Origin: Alphaproteobacteria bacterium
Lineage (GTDB): Bacteria; Pseudomonadota; Alphaproteobacteria; SP197
DNA length: 64,000 nucleotides
Direction: 5' to 3'
Assembly (NCBI GenBank): GCA_964291265.2
Contig: OZ219747.1
Span: forward strand, 3,072,001-3,136,000
The notes under the pieces are model-generated. The model saw only the letters and a list, made by a program, of their open reading frames with translations. It searched no databases and was not told the origin of the DNA. Below, one piece after another: positions 61,146 through 64,000 of the stretch (position 1 is the first letter of the stretch; every line of letters begins with the position of its first letter). The translations under genes were made by a program, and so were the position numbers.

Positions 61146-63500
61146 CGCGGGGCAGTCCTTGCCGAGGATCCTGACGGACCAGTCTCCCTGCGGCGCGTCG
61201 GCCCTGACGTAGCCCAGGGCCAGGCGCTTCATCATGCGAAATCCGGTGCCGGCTGATGTCACATGACCGACCGGCGCCGAATCGACGAGGATCGGATCGC
61301 CGGGCAGTGCGTCCGCGTCGCTGTCGGCAATGACGAATCCGGCGAATCGCCAGGCGGATCCGGCCTTGCTCTGGCGCACGACGGCATCGCGGCCGATGAA
61401 GTCCTCCCTGTCGAAGGCAATGAAGCGATCCAGCCCGGCATCGAACGGGGTGTACTCGGTACCGATGTCGAGTCCCCAGGCGTGATAACCCTTTTCGAGA
61501 CGCAGCGAATCAAGGGCCCATGAGCCGAAGTCGACGAGACCGCAGCGCCGTCCGGAATGGCGCAGGGCATCATGGACCGTCCGGAGATCGCTGGAGGCGA
61601 GATGCAGTTCCCAGCCCAGTTCGCCGGCATAGGAGACGCGCAGCGCCGTCGCCCTGCATCCGGCGACGGTGACGCAGGCGGCGGAGAGCCAGGGCATCGC
61701 CTGGTTCCCGAGATCGGCATCGGTCACGGTCGCCAGAAGGTCGCGCGACAGGGGGCCGGCCAGCAAGAGAGTGGCGTCCCTTGCGCATCCGCGCCGCAGT
61801 TCGACACGCCATCCTCCAGGCAGGGCGTCCCGCAGCCAGTCGTGATCGCGCTGTTCAGCCAGGGTCGGGCCACACAGGAGGTAGCGATTCGTGCCCAGGC
61901 GGGTCACGGTGGCCTCGCTCCAGATCCTCCCTGATGGAGTGAGCATGTAGGCCAGACGCGTGCGTGACTCTTCCGGAATCCTGCCGCAGAACACCCGCTC
62001 CAGGTAGCGTGTTGCATCCGGCCCCTCGACTTCGAACTTGGCGAATCCGCCGTGGTCCATGATGCCGACGCCGTCGCGGACTCCCTCGCACTCCAGACGC
62101 ACTGCGTCGCGCCATGGTTCCCGGTCCCGGAAACTCAACGCTGCATCATCACGCCGGCCCTCGATGTCGAACCAGAAGGCGCGTTCCCAGCCGCCGATTT
62201 CCCCGAAGACCGCTCCTCTGGAAGCCAGGGAACGATAGAGGGGAGTTGTCCTCATGGGCCGCGACGAGGAGAGAAGGCGCCGGGGATAGGGAATGGCGTA
62301 CTGCAGGCCGTAAACCTCGACAGCCCGATCGACAGCCATCTGTCCCGTAGCCCAGTCGCCGAAGCGCCGGGGGTCCCAGGCCGCCATGTCCCACTCGGTT
62401 TCGCCTTCGCTGATCCACTCCGCCATGGCCTTGCCGACGGCGGCAGAGTGGGTGATGCCGATCTGGATGCCGCAGGCATGGAAGAAGTTCCTCAGACCAT
62501 GGGCCGGGCCGCACAGCGGCAGGCCATCCGGGGCGTAGGCGATGGGGCCGTTGACGAAACGCCGGATTCCGGCCTCCCGAAGCAGCGGAAAATGATCAAG
62601 CGCCTTGCCGAAGGCCTCCGCGATGTCATCGTGCGACTCGCTGAAGAGCTGGTGGGCAAAGTCCTGCGGCAATGCGTCAGCAAAGACCGGCCGTCCGGGG
62701 TGATCATAGGAACCGAGCAGCATTCCGGCACCCTCGCGCCTCAGGTAGAACCCGAGATCTGGATCCCGCACCAGCGGGAAGGGGGCATGCGAGTCCTTGA
62801 GGGCAGGGAGGGGTTCGGTGACCAAGTACTGGTGCCTGAGCGTTGCTACCGGAATGGACTGACCAGCAAGGCGCGCCACGGCGCCGCCATAGAAACCTGC
62901 GGCATTGACGATCGTCTGCGCCGTCACGTCCCCCTTGTCGGTCGTCACACGCCATTCACCGCTGCGTGTGGCTGAAAGACCCGTGACTCTTGTGAACCGC
63001 TCGATCGCGGCGCCGGCCTCACGGGCCTGTCTGGCGAGCGCTTGCGTGAGTTGGGAAGGGTCGATGTCCCCCTCACCGGGATCGAGGATTCCACCGACGA
63101 CATCCCGTCCGGCCGAGTAGTGGGGATGCAGCGCCTCCATCTCGCCAGGCGCGATCATCACGAGTTCCATGCCTGCGGATGTGGCCAGACCCGTGACGTG
63201 CCGGAAGAGATCCATGCGATCCTCGCCGTGTGCCGGCCAGAAGGCTCCGGTATGGTGATAGGTGATGTCCTCGCCAAGAGCGCCATAGAGCCGCCGCGCA
63301 TAGGCACCGGCCCGCAGGCCAAGCCAGCCGGTCGCATAGATCGGGATGTTTCCCGCTGCATGCCAGGTGGAACCGGACGCGAGTTCGTCCTTCTCGATCA
63401 GCATGCAGTCGGTGATGCCGACCCGGACCAGGTGCCACAGGCACGAAACACCGACGGCACCGCCACCGATGACAACGACCCTGGCCGAGTTCTGCATCAT
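61092..63500 (-). CDS. FAD-dependent dimethylglycine/sarcosine dehydrogenase-like GcvT-family oxidoreductase
   Basis: GGGAVG, SGSTWHAAG, GWER, SYAGELGWELH, SLRLEKGY. Confidence 0.9.
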   Translation of the reverse strand: MMQNSARVVVIGGGAVGVSCLWHLVRVGITDCMLIEKDELASGSTWHAAGNIPIYATGWLGLRAGAYARRLYGALGEDITYHHTGAFWPAHGEDRMDLFRHVTGLATSAGMELVMIAPGEMEALHPHYSAGRDVVGGILDPGEGDIDPSQLTQALARQAREAGAAIERFTRVTGLSATRSGEWRVTTDKGDVTAQTIVNAAGFYGGAVARLAGQSIPVATLRHQYLVTEPLPALKDSHAPFPLVRDPDLGFYLRREGAGMLLGSYDHPGRPVFADALPQDFAHQLFSESHDDIAEAFGKALDHFPLLREAGIRRFVNGPIAYAPDGLPLCGPAHGLRNFFHACGIQIGITHSAAVGKAMAEWISEGETEWDMAAWDPRRFGDWATGQMAVDRAVEVYGLQYAIPYPRRLLSSSRPMRTTPLYRSLASRGAVFGEIGGWERAFWFDIEGRRDDAALSFRDREPWRDAVRLECEGVRDGVGIMDHGGFAKFEVEGPDATRYLERVFCGRIPEESRTRLAYMLTPSGRIWSEATVTRLGTNRYLLCGPTLAEQRDHDWLRDALPGGWRVELRRGCARDATLLLAGPLSRDLLATVTDADLGNQAMPWLSAACVTVAGCRATALRVSYAGELGWELHLASSDLRTVHDALRHSGRRCGLVDFGSWALDSLRLEKGYHAWGLDIGTEYTPFDAGLDRFIAFDREDFIGRDAVVRQSKAGSAWRFAGFVIADSDADALPGDPILVDSAPVGHVTSAGTGFRMMKRLALGYVRADAPQGDWSVRILGKDCPASPSPLPFYDPGNARLRV

Positions 63501-64000
63501 TAGTGTTCTGCCAGGAGATGGCCGAAGCCATCGATCGAGTCCGAGATTCCGAGATGCCTCAGGGTCTGCCAGTAGAGCGCCGCGTTGCAGGCGACCACCG
63601 GTTTGCCGGTGAGTGCCTCCAGGGATGCGAGGAGGCCGCAGACCGGAAGCGCCGTTCCCACCTGGAGGATGGCATCACAGTCGCTGGCGGCAACCTCCAG
63701 GAATGCCGCCTCGATCTGCTCAAGGGGGGTCTCGCATATCTCCGGCAGCGATGGCGCGTTCGTACCGGCCACTGCCGCCACGGTGAACCCGGCATCCATG
63801 GCATTGCCGGCGACCACGCGGTTCGTCTCGACGTCGAAGGGGGTGACGATGGCGATCCTTCTGGCACCGAGGCGCCGCAGGGCTTCATGGCAGGCAGTCG
63901 AGGCATTGAAGACCGGAACACCCAGTAAGGAACCAAGACCACGACAGCGTTCCTGGAGTTTCTTCACGCCACCCGGCCCGGCGTCGGTGGTCAGGCCTAT
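63500..64000 (-). CDS. maleate isomerase / Asp-Glu racemase family protein (5' truncated by window)
   Basis: ALRRLGARRIAIVTPF, GKPVVACN.ALYW.LR.LG; frame open to window edge. Confidence 0.7.
   Translation of the reverse strand: MGLTTDAGPGGVKKLQERCRGLGSLLGVPVFNASTACHEALRRLGARRIAIVTPFDVETNRVVAGNAMDAGFTVAAVAGTNAPSLPEICETPLEQIEAAFLEVAASDCDAILQVGTALPVCGLLASLEALTGKPVVACNAALYWQTLRHLGISDSIDGFGHLLAEH

Overview
High-GC alphaproteobacterial chromosome segment. It is mostly conserved housekeeping synteny: dapA-smpB; DD-carboxypeptidase/phasin/clpS-clpA; folK-rpoZ-spoT-lepB-rnc-era-recO-parC; a TRAP transporter; a Co-type nitrile hydratase. Three accessory structures stand out. (1) A ~1783-aa FN3-repeat autotransporter-like adhesin gene with a C11 tract near its 5' end is interrupted by an ORF-less group IIB twintron. 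An 888-nt intron sits in domain VI of an 888-nt sibling, the exon-binding sites (EBS1/2/3) of each match its own target, and removing both restores the reading frame exactly. (2) A four-copy tandem array of Rpn/YhgA PD-(D/E)XK genes is delimited by five 132-bp fold-back repeats. Each gene has an internal SD+ATG for a small C-terminal product, a variable 24-bp repeat count (6/7/3/2) and mosaic haplotypes. (3) An AAA-ATPase/PD-(D/E)XK gene is bracketed by two ~180-bp MITE-like elements, and the whole 2.17-kb unit is flanked by a 10-bp target-site-like duplication, suggesting a transposase-less composite transposon. All calls are by eye; no database search, alignment or RNA folding was run.
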